Positions 27,939 to 36,047 of a DNA stretch of 64,000 bases are shown here, in pieces. Both the position numbers and the translations under genes were made by a program. Numbering within the stretch: the stretch's first letter is position 1; each line of letters begins with the position of its first letter. A model generated the notes under the pieces. The model was not told the DNA's origin and did no database searches. It worked only from the letters and a program-made list of their open reading frames with translations. The stretch covers positions 59,927 to 123,926 of the forward strand of contig NZ_CAXIRE010000014.1 in NCBI RefSeq assembly GCF_964031785.1, written 5' to 3'. This DNA is from Rheinheimera texasensis. GTDB taxonomy: Bacteria > Pseudomonadota > Gammaproteobacteria > Enterobacterales > Alteromonadaceae.

Positions 27939-28517
27939 ATGCGCCGAATCACTTTGTTTGTCCTGTCTTGTTCCACTATGTTCAGTATTTTTCCCAGCCA
28001 TGCTACTCAGCTGCAGCCGCAAACCGGTCACTGGCGCAGTCAGCATCAGGTGCTGGTCAATGGCCAGGATATTCTGCAGCAGATGAAAGCACTGCAACAA
28101 CAAATGCTGGCGGCGGTGCCGGCGGAACAACGGGCTTTAGTCGCCGGTATGATGCCGAAAAAAGACTTAAGTACGGCGCAGGAATGTTTAACTGCGGCTG
28201 AAGTCGCGTTGTTAAAAACGCCGGAGCAATGGCTGGCCAGAGCCAAACAGCAGTTACCGCGTTGCCAGTTACAACTGACCGGCAGCACGACCAATTCGGT
28301 GTCAGTCAAAGGCCAGTGTCAGGATCAGGGCGGCTACACCGGCTCGTTGCAGGGCACTGTCACATTAAAAACACCGCAATGGATGCAGATGAACATGCAG
28401 GGCACCGGCCAGTACAAAATGCCGCTGCCGGGCCAGGCACAAAACGGTGACGTGCAGTTTAAACTCGATAGTGACTCGCGTTGGCAAAGTGCCAGCTGCC
28501 CGGCCGGTATGCGGTAA
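27939..28517 (+). CDS. Secreted DUF3617-like protein
   Basis: Signal peptide, TGHW, ECLT, four spaced cysteines ending RWQSASC. Confidence 0.6.
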   Translation: MRRITLFVLSCSTMFSIFPSHATQLQPQTGHWRSQHQVLVNGQDILQQMKALQQQMLAAVPAEQRALVAGMMPKKDLSTAQECLTAAEVALLKTPEQWLARAKQQLPRCQLQLTGSTTNSVSVKGQCQDQGGYTGSLQGTVTLKTPQWMQMNMQGTGQYKMPLPGQAQNGDVQFKLDSDSRWQSASCPAGMR

Positions 28518-28606
28518 GCCGGCGGGACTCGTCTGTTAACCTGATGTTGTGATTGAAATGTGTTTCCTGCATGCTGAAATCTTTCGCAGCAATACAGGAC
28601 AATCAG

Positions 28607-29833
28607 ATGACAACAGCAACATCAGGCAGCGCCGGCCAGCCCAGCTGGCAAAAAACACCGCAAACCGGTTTACAGGTCAATTCAGTGGCAGTCAGTCCGG
28701 ATGGTCAACTGACCGTTGGCGGCACCTCCAGCGAATTTGGCAGCGGGCAGTTTAATTTTTATGGCTTTGACGCGACTGGCCAGCAACTCTGGTCGGTGCC
28801 GGTTACCGCCGCCAACGTCACGCAGGGCATTTTCTGGGTCGCCGTCAGTGACGATAAACGTTTTGCCGCCTGTGGTGGCGAAACCAGTAAAACCTGTGGT
28901 TTTTTGTGTATCCTCGATGCCAGCACTGGCAGTATTCTGTTTCAGGATAACAACTTACCTGCCCGCGTCAATCAACTGACTTTCAGCAGTGACGGCACTT
29001 TGCTGCTGGCGGATTTCCAGCACGAATTACGCTTGTATCACTATGCCAGCGGCAGCACCTTGGTGCCGGTCTGGTCACTGAGTGACAGCTTGGCGCTTTC
29101 GGCCGACTTTTCCAGTTACAGCGCTGTGCTGGCGCCAAACGGCGGCCGGGTTTGGGTCGGCGCTATCAACTACAACGTGAAACCGGTCTACACCGGGCTG
29201 GTGCAGCAGATTGCGCTGGATAACGGCAAATTCGGCGCAGCAACCAGTTATCAGCAAGCACAAGGGGTGATGCGGGTGGTGACGACCACAGATGGCACTT
29301 ATGCCGCCGCGGCGTTACACGATGGCAGCTGCGCGTTTTTTCAGGCGGTACAGCCCAGCACAGCTTTTGTCTATAAACCGGCGCTGACCGGGCTTAATAT
29401 CGCCTATGCCATCGCCATCACTGAAACGCCAGCCAAAGAACTGGTGATAGTGGTCGGTGCTAACCAAGGCGAAGCCGGGGTGTTGTACCGGGTGGATGCA
29501 GAGCAAACAGCGTCTGAGATCGCCAACTATCCCATCTGGGGGCCAGTGCTGAAATGGAGCAAACCGGTGCAATATGCGGTGAATCCGGGCGTGACTTTAG
29601 ACGCTGCAGCAACCCTGGTCAGTGTCACTGACGGTAAACCGGATGAAAGCTCCGGCGGCAGCGATCAAAAGGAATCACCGGGTAACTTTTATCTGTTCGA
29701 CGCTTGCTCTGGGCAGCAACTGTGGCAATATGGCACCAAGCTGATGAACTGGCCAATGATGCTGACGCCGGACGGTAAAACCGCAGTGGGTGGCAGTGAT
29801 GATGGCAGTATTTATTACTGGAATTTGCAGTAA
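28607..29833 (+). CDS. Beta-propeller (WD40/PQQ-like) protein without signal peptide
   Basis: Repeated VAVSPDG / VAVSDD / TFSSDG / LTPDG blades, QQLWS and QQLWQY, GSDDGSIYYW. Confidence 0.7.
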   Translation: MTTATSGSAGQPSWQKTPQTGLQVNSVAVSPDGQLTVGGTSSEFGSGQFNFYGFDATGQQLWSVPVTAANVTQGIFWVAVSDDKRFAACGGETSKTCGFLCILDASTGSILFQDNNLPARVNQLTFSSDGTLLLADFQHELRLYHYASGSTLVPVWSLSDSLALSADFSSYSAVLAPNGGRVWVGAINYNVKPVYTGLVQQIALDNGKFGAATSYQQAQGVMRVVTTTDGTYAAAALHDGSCAFFQAVQPSTAFVYKPALTGLNIAYAIAITETPAKELVIVVGANQGEAGVLYRVDAEQTASEIANYPIWGPVLKWSKPVQYAVNPGVTLDAAATLVSVTDGKPDESSGGSDQKESPGNFYLFDACSGQQLWQYGTKLMNWPMMLTPDGKTAVGGSDDGSIYYWNLQ

Positions 29834-31303
29834 GTGAAACCTGAAGGTCTGGCCCAAGCGCCGCTGTTTGACCGCCAACGTTGGCAAGACCGGCTGCAGC
29901 AATCCTGGTTGCTGCGCAACCTGTTGTTATTGCTGCTGTGGCTGCTGGTGTTTGAGATCGGCTGGCTGGTGGAATATACCCATCACGCCAGTGTCTGGTA
30001 TCCGGTCGCGGGCCTGACTTTCGCATCGTTGTTATTACTGGGTTTTTCTGTGTTACCGGCCTTGTTGACAGGCTGCGTGCTTATCACTTTTTACACCGCC
30101 CGCCACTACAATATTCAGCTGCCGCCGTGGCAAATTCTCGAGGCCGGTTTGTTATTTGGCCTGGCGCATATTTTACCTTATGCCGTCGGTGCTATTGCCT
30201 TGCGCACGCTGGCCAAACGCGGCGCCCGCGATATTAGCCGGATCATCGTATCCTTCCTGGTGATTGCAGCCGTCAGTTCATTTTGTGCCACCTGGCTGGT
30301 GCTGCCGACTTTGGTGATCACTGACATGATGACGGAAGCTGAGATCGCCTCAACCTGGCTGCCGTTCTGGATTGGTGATATGGCCGGTGTCATGGTGCTG
30401 GCGCCGTTTTTTGTTGGCCTGCTGAGTCGGGTTTTACCTGGCGCGCTGTTTCGTCTGACCGATATGGCGGGCCTGCAACAGCAAAAGTTCAGCTCGCGTT
30501 ATCTGTTGAAACTGTTGCTGAACGGTCTGTTACTGACTGCATGCATGCTGCTGGCGAAAGTGACAGATTCACCAAACAGCGCTTTTGCGATTTTTTTCCT
30601 GGTGATCCCGCATATGTGGATCGCCTGTTCCGAATCGGCATTACTTAATGTCAGTAGTGTGGCGCTGTCGAGTTTCCTGATTGCCTTTTGGGTGCATCTG
30701 TTTGATTTGATGGACTATGTGATGGTCTATCAGTTTGCGATCAACGTCATTGCCGCGAACACCTTATTTGGCCTCGCCATTCCGACTTTATTGGCAGATA
30801 ACCTGCAACTGCGCAAAGTGGCTTTTACTGACAGCCTGACACAAGTGGCGTCCCGTGACCGGCTGGAGCAAAGGGCAACGCTTGAGATCAGCCGTAGCCG
30901 GCACGAACAGCGGCCTTTGTCGCTGTTGGTGTTTGATATCGATTATTTCAAAAAAATTAATGATGAGTTTGGTCACCATGTTGGCGATCAGGCGCTGCAG
31001 CAACTGGCGCGTTTAGCCCAGCTGTCGCTGCGACCGACGGATTTGCTTGGCCGTTTTGGCGGCGATGAATTTGTCGTGTTATTGCCACAAACCGCGCAGC
31101 CGGCCGCTTTGTTGATTGCCGAGCGGATTATCAGCGAATTACGCCAGGTCTACATCTGTGATGTCCATCCGCTGACCGCCAGTTTTGGCGTCGCGCAATT
31201 ACAGCCAGACGAAGATTACGAACGGCTGTTCCGCCGCGCCGACCGGGCTTTGTATCAGGCCAAGCTGGCCGGGCGCAATCAGGCTTGTGTCGCGGCCGAC
31301 TAA
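29834..31303 (+). CDS. MASE1-GGDEF diguanylate cyclase
   Basis: Multi-TM N-terminus with WYPVAG and WIGDMAG, TDSLT, DIDYFKKINDEFGH..GD, RPTD I-site, intact GGDEF. Confidence 0.9.
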   Translation: MKPEGLAQAPLFDRQRWQDRLQQSWLLRNLLLLLLWLLVFEIGWLVEYTHHASVWYPVAGLTFASLLLLGFSVLPALLTGCVLITFYTARHYNIQLPPWQILEAGLLFGLAHILPYAVGAIALRTLAKRGARDISRIIVSFLVIAAVSSFCATWLVLPTLVITDMMTEAEIASTWLPFWIGDMAGVMVLAPFFVGLLSRVLPGALFRLTDMAGLQQQKFSSRYLLKLLLNGLLLTACMLLAKVTDSPNSAFAIFFLVIPHMWIACSESALLNVSSVALSSFLIAFWVHLFDLMDYVMVYQFAINVIAANTLFGLAIPTLLADNLQLRKVAFTDSLTQVASRDRLEQRATLEISRSRHEQRPLSLLVFDIDYFKKINDEFGHHVGDQALQQLARLAQLSLRPTDLLGRFGGDEFVVLLPQTAQPAALLIAERIISELRQVYICDVHPLTASFGVAQLQPDEDYERLFRRADRALYQAKLAGRNQACVAAD

Positions 31304-31320
31304 AGATTTAACCCCGGCGC

Positions 31321-34300
31321 TCAGCGCAGCAGGCGTTGCAGCAACCGCTTCAGATTGGCCGGTTTGAGTGGTTTCAGCATAAAGTGAAAGCCGTTATTCA
31401 GTGCATGGTCGCGGGTTTGTTGTTGTTGATCGGCGGAATGGATTAACACCGGCACCTGCAACGCATAATGCTGCTGCAGTTGCATCGCCACTTCGACACC
31501 GGTCGCGCCCTGGTCCAGATGATAATCAAACAACAATAAATCCACCGGATGACCTTCGCTGAGCCAATGCAGCGCCTGAGAAGGCTGCTGCGCCACCAGT
31601 ACCTGACAATCCCAGCTTCTGAGCAATGCCGCGACCGCGCCGGATAATTGCGGGTCGTTATCGAGCAATAAGATTGTTTTACCGCGGAAACTGACCGACT
31701 GCTCACGTGGTTGCAGCGCAGGTGCTGCAGTCGCGCCCGATGCACAGACCGGCACTGTCACGGCAAAACAGCTGCCTTTGCCTGGTTCGGAGTGCAAAGT
31801 CAGCGCATGCTGCAGCAAATCGCTGATGCGCTGGCTGATGGCAAGACCAATGCCAAGGCCCTGATTATTCGCTTCTTTACCCTGCTGAAATTCCTGAAAA
31901 ATCCGTTGTTGTTCATCCGGACTGATGCCGACGCCGGTATCCCAGACTTCAATCCGCACCGCCGGCAGCCCTTGCCAGTGGCAGCGCCGGCAGCCCAACA
32001 GGATTTTGCCTTGTGGGGTGTACCGCAGGGCGTTGGCGACCAGATTCTGCACCACACGGCGTAGCAGACGGCTGTCAGTATCCACCCAAAGCCGGCTTGG
32101 CCGGTAGCGGAAACGAATCGGTTTACCGGTTGAGATTAAGCCGGCTTCGCGGGCGATTTGGTCCAGCAGGCTGGTCATTGCTACCGGCGCTTTTTGCGCT
32201 TTAATCACGCCGGCATCCAGTTTGGTCAGTTCCAGAATACCGGCCAGGAGTTCTTCAGCGGAATTTAACGACGCCGCTAAATCTTTCGCCAGTTGCTGCA
32301 CCTGGCCATCGCTGCTTTTCTCGCGGATCAGCCCGCAAAATAATGCGGCGGCATTAAAGGGTTGCAGCAAATCGTGGCTGGCTGCAGCAAAAAAACGGTT
32401 TTTGCTGGCGGTTTGTTCTTCCAGCTGTTGTTTGGCGGCGGCCAATTGTTGATTAAGTTGCTCCAGCTCGGCGGTGCGGCTCATCACCCGTTGCTCCAGC
32501 GTGCTGTTACTGGCTTCGAGCTGTTGTTGCACCTCGATAAAAGAGCTGACATCGCTGTAGGTTGTAACAAAACCACCGCCCGGCAGCGGATGGCCCTGCA
32601 TCTCAAACACCCGGCCGTCGCGCTGGCGGCGCTGAAAACGATAACTGCTGCCCTGGCGTAAAAAATTCAGCCGTTTTTCTACTTCGGCGCTGATTTGCGT
32701 GGCATCGGGTAGGGCACTGTCATGGAACCAGCCGCGTTCGGCGTTATAACGAATTAAATCCGCGACCGGCCGGCCTACTTCAATCAGGCCAGGCGGATAA
32801 GCAAACATCTGCAGATAACGTTGGTTCCAGGCGATCAGGCGTAAATCGGCGTCCACCACGCTGATGCCCATACTGATATTGTCGATAGTGGCGCGCAGCA
32901 GCGCCTGATTAAACAGATAGACCTGACTGGCTTCGTCGACAAAACGCGCGACAGATTCCAGCGGCAGCTGACTGTTTTTGCCGGCGGCGTTCAGTAACAA
33001 CCGCATCGAAGCACCGCCAACCACAGCTGCCAGCGTACGCTCTGTGCTTTGCTGCAGCGCTTGTGGCGCGCGCGTCTCCAGCTGAGGTGAAACCGATTTA
33101 AACTGACGCTGCAGCAATAAGCGCGCTTCACGCTCGCCGGCAAAACGCCGCACCAGCAGATAACAATCCTGTACTGTCAGCTGTGGCGCCACCTGTTGCG
33201 GTTTTGACTGGCTCTGGCGGAAAAAACGTGCACTTTCCAGATACTCCGTCAGCCGGGTGTGGCTGAGCTGACTGACCAGCAACAGCAGCAAGGTATTCAT
33301 GCTCAGACTGACCACCACCCCGAGGCTTATCAGATCAAACTGGCCACCGAGCAAGGCATTGGGCGCCAACGCCTGCCAGCCAAAAGGCCCCTGGCTCAGC
33401 CAGTCCCAGCGGATTAAACCGGCGCGGCTTAATTCCGGTAACAACAGAATGTAGGCCCACAAACTGGCGCCGCAGAGTAAACCGGCCAAAGCGCCCTGAC
33501 GATTGACCCGGCGGTTCAGCAGGCCAAAAATCAGCGCCGGTGCCAGCTGGGCAATTAACGCAAAGGCCATCAGGCCAAGCTGAGCCAGACCGGTTTCAGT
33601 GCCAATCAATAAGTAGTACAGATAGCCCAGCGTCAGCACGCTTAACATCGATAAACGGCGCAGCGTCACCATGCGGATCCAGGGTTTGCCGTCGGCCGGT
33701 TTCTGCTGCTGGCGGTATATCAGTGGCGTCAGTAAGTCGTTGGTGATCATAATGCCAAGCACCACAGTGGCGACTATCACCATACTGGTGGCAGCAGAAA
33801 AACCACCTAAGTAAGCCAGCAGTGCCATATCGGTGCGATTCGCCGACAGCGGCAGCTGCAACACCACTAAATCGATGCTGGCGCTCTGGCCCAGTAACAA
33901 AGTACCGGCCAGTGCCACCGGCAATGTAAACAGGCTCATCAGCAGTAAATAGCCGGGGAAGATCCAACGCGCATAGCGCAGATGACCCAAATGCTGGATC
34001 TCAACAAAACTGACGTGAAACTGGCGCGGCAGGCATAAAGTCGCGACAAAACCGAGCAAGACGTGGATCCAATACACTGACCAGGGCGCGCCCTGACTTT
34101 GCAGCTGCTGGACGTCGGCTGAGACGGCTGCCTTGGCAAAAATATCGCTAAAACCATCAAACAGCCCAAACACGACAAAAAATCCGACGGCCAGCAGTGC
34201 TAATAATTTCACCAGCGATTCAAAGGCAATAGCCGTCATCAGGCCGGGATTGGGCTGATGCGCTTTGGCGCTGCGACCGACAAATAACATGGCAAATATC

Positions 34301-34833
34301 GCCAGCCATAAGCTGACGTAAAGCCCGGTGTCCTGATACCAGGGCCCGCCGCTGCTGCTGCCGACCAAGGCGTTGATACTGGTCGACACCGCCTGTAGCT
34401 GCAAAGCGATATAAGGAATAACCGCCATCAACACGATGAGTGTGGTGATCACGGCTAATAAGCGGGAATGCCCATAGCGGGTGGCGATAAAGTCGGCGAC
34501 TGAAGTGATACGTAAACGCCGGCAGACAATAGCGATGCGGCTAATCAGGCCAAACGCGAACCAGAACAACAACAAAGAACCGATATAAGTCGGCGGGATC
34601 CACCAGCCATTGACTGCGGCCTGCGCGGTCACGCCATAAAAGGCCCAGCTGGTACAGTAGATGGCGAGGGCAAAACTAAACACCCAGGGCGCGAGCGGAT
34701 GGCGGCCAGTCAGACGCCGGCCGAGCAGCCCGACGCTGTACAGTACCGCCAGATACAGCAGCGACAGCACGGCTATGCTGCCAATGCCAATGCTGCCCTG
34801 ACTCAGAATCATTTCAGAATTTACCGCATTCAC
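31321..34833 (-). CDS. SLC5 symporter-fused hybrid histidine kinase (CrbS/MxtR-like)
   Basis: 13-TM SLC5 region (AIYCTSWAFYG, PYIALQL, LPRQFHV, GGFSAATSMVIV), PAS, SHDLLQP His box, DTGVGI / GLGIGL, C-terminal REC (LFDYHLD); alternative start 34812. Confidence 0.92.
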   Translation of the reverse strand: MNAVNSEMILSQGSIGIGSIAVLSLLYLAVLYSVGLLGRRLTGRHPLAPWVFSFALAIYCTSWAFYGVTAQAAVNGWWIPPTYIGSLLLFWFAFGLISRIAIVCRRLRITSVADFIATRYGHSRLLAVITTLIVLMAVIPYIALQLQAVSTSINALVGSSSGGPWYQDTGLYVSLWLAIFAMLFVGRSAKAHQPNPGLMTAIAFESLVKLLALLAVGFFVVFGLFDGFSDIFAKAAVSADVQQLQSQGAPWSVYWIHVLLGFVATLCLPRQFHVSFVEIQHLGHLRYARWIFPGYLLLMSLFTLPVALAGTLLLGQSASIDLVVLQLPLSANRTDMALLAYLGGFSAATSMVIVATVVLGIMITNDLLTPLIYRQQQKPADGKPWIRMVTLRRLSMLSVLTLGYLYYLLIGTETGLAQLGLMAFALIAQLAPALIFGLLNRRVNRQGALAGLLCGASLWAYILLLPELSRAGLIRWDWLSQGPFGWQALAPNALLGGQFDLISLGVVVSLSMNTLLLLLVSQLSHTRLTEYLESARFFRQSQSKPQQVAPQLTVQDCYLLVRRFAGEREARLLLQRQFKSVSPQLETRAPQALQQSTERTLAAVVGGASMRLLLNAAGKNSQLPLESVARFVDEASQVYLFNQALLRATIDNISMGISVVDADLRLIAWNQRYLQMFAYPPGLIEVGRPVADLIRYNAERGWFHDSALPDATQISAEVEKRLNFLRQGSSYRFQRRQRDGRVFEMQGHPLPGGGFVTTYSDVSSFIEVQQQLEASNSTLEQRVMSRTAELEQLNQQLAAAKQQLEEQTASKNRFFAAASHDLLQPFNAAALFCGLIREKSSDGQVQQLAKDLAASLNSAEELLAGILELTKLDAGVIKAQKAPVAMTSLLDQIAREAGLISTGKPIRFRYRPSRLWVDTDSRLLRRVVQNLVANALRYTPQGKILLGCRRCHWQGLPAVRIEVWDTGVGISPDEQQRIFQEFQQGKEANNQGLGIGLAISQRISDLLQHALTLHSEPGKGSCFAVTVPVCASGATAAPALQPREQSVSFRGKTILLLDNDPQLSGAVAALLRSWDCQVLVAQQPSQALHWLSEGHPVDLLLFDYHLDQGATGVEVAMQLQQHYALQVPVLIHSADQQQQTRDHALNNGFHFMLKPLKPANLKRLLQRLLR

Positions 34834-34880
34834 CGCGAAGCCTTTGATTGTGCCTCAGATTTTGTTAGCAGGAAAGGGCG

Positions 34881-35633
34881 CTAGCGCGCCGTCCAGCCAC
34901 CGTCGAGCACCAGCGTTTGCGCCGTGATATGGCGGGCCGCGGCTGTGGTCAGAAACACTGCGGTTGCGGCAATTTCATCGACGCCAATAAAGGCTTTTTG
35001 TGGCATTGGCGCCAGCATGATTTTTTCGATGACTTCGGTTTCGCTGAGCTGATGTTCTTTGCACTGAGCAGCAATTTGCGCATCTACCAATGGCGTACGC
35101 ACATAAGCCGGGCAGATAGTATTGATAGTGAAATCAATATCAGCGTTCTCCAGTGCTACCACTTTACTAAAGCCAAGCAAACCGTGTTTGGCCGCGACAT
35201 AAGCCGACTTAAACGGCGAGGCGACTAAGGCGTGAATAGAGCCGATGTTCACAATCCGGCCAAAACCGCGGCTGCGCATGCCTGGCAATAAGGCTTTACT
35301 CAGCATCGCCGGGCCGGTCAGCATCACCTGTAACAGCTGCTGCCATTTGTGTTCCGGAAATTCTTCCAGGCGCGCCACGTGCTGGATACCGGCGTTATTG
35401 ACCAATACATCCACCTGGCCTGCGGCTGCAGCGGTATTTTCAATACTGTCCTGAGAGGTTAAATCCAGCAGCAACGCGCTGGCTTTGGCGCCGCTGGCGA
35501 TCAGTTCTGCCGCTTTTTGTTCGGCGACGGCCAGATTAATATCGGCCAGGATCACTTCGTCGCCCTGAGCGGCATACGCCTGTGCCACCGCAAAGCCAAT
35601 ACCGCCGCTGCCGCCTGTGATCAGTACCCGCAT
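34881..35633 (-). CDS. bdhA: D-3-hydroxybutyrate dehydrogenase
   Basis: TGGSGGIG, NNAGIQHV, SPFKSAYVAAKHG, ICPAYVRTPLVDAQI, MPQKAF, DGGWTA: HBDH subfamily signatures. Confidence 0.9.
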   Translation of the reverse strand: MRVLITGGSGGIGFAVAQAYAAQGDEVILADINLAVAEQKAAELIASGAKASALLLDLTSQDSIENTAAAAGQVDVLVNNAGIQHVARLEEFPEHKWQQLLQVMLTGPAMLSKALLPGMRSRGFGRIVNIGSIHALVASPFKSAYVAAKHGLLGFSKVVALENADIDFTINTICPAYVRTPLVDAQIAAQCKEHQLSETEVIEKIMLAPMPQKAFIGVDEIAATAVFLTTAAARHITAQTLVLDGGWTAR

Positions 35634-35666
35634 AACACCCTCTGCTGTTGTTGTGTGCTTTGCTGC

Positions 35667-35713
35667 AGGGTAGAAGTTTGCGGTCAGGCGGTAAACGGTA
35701 CTTTAGTGCTATA
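35667..35713 (-). promoter_or_regulatory. bdhA promoter with the shared palindrome
   Basis: Minus strand TATA-GCACTAAAGTAC-cg-TTTACC-17 nt-TACCCT. Confidence 0.65.
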
Positions 35714-36047
35714 CCGCTGAATGGTTGGCAACAGTCGGTGAAAATAACAACAGCAGTGCAATTAACTCAGACTCTTCACGCATGTAAATTCAAATTAGAT
35801 AGCAGAGAAACTCAGACACAGCCGTTCATAGCGCTGAGCGCTCAGAAAACCGCACAAGACTTTGCCAGAACCCATATCTATGATATGTTTCGGCACATAA
35901 TAAAAAAATTATCTTGTGCTTCCCACGCAGTTTAGACCGTAAAAAACTCTTGATAACAATGTGTTGTGCCATTGTTTCGCGTTAAGTCGGAAAAAGTCCT
36001 GCTCAGTTGCACTTCATTCTGTAGACCTGTCACGTAAGGAATTCTGC

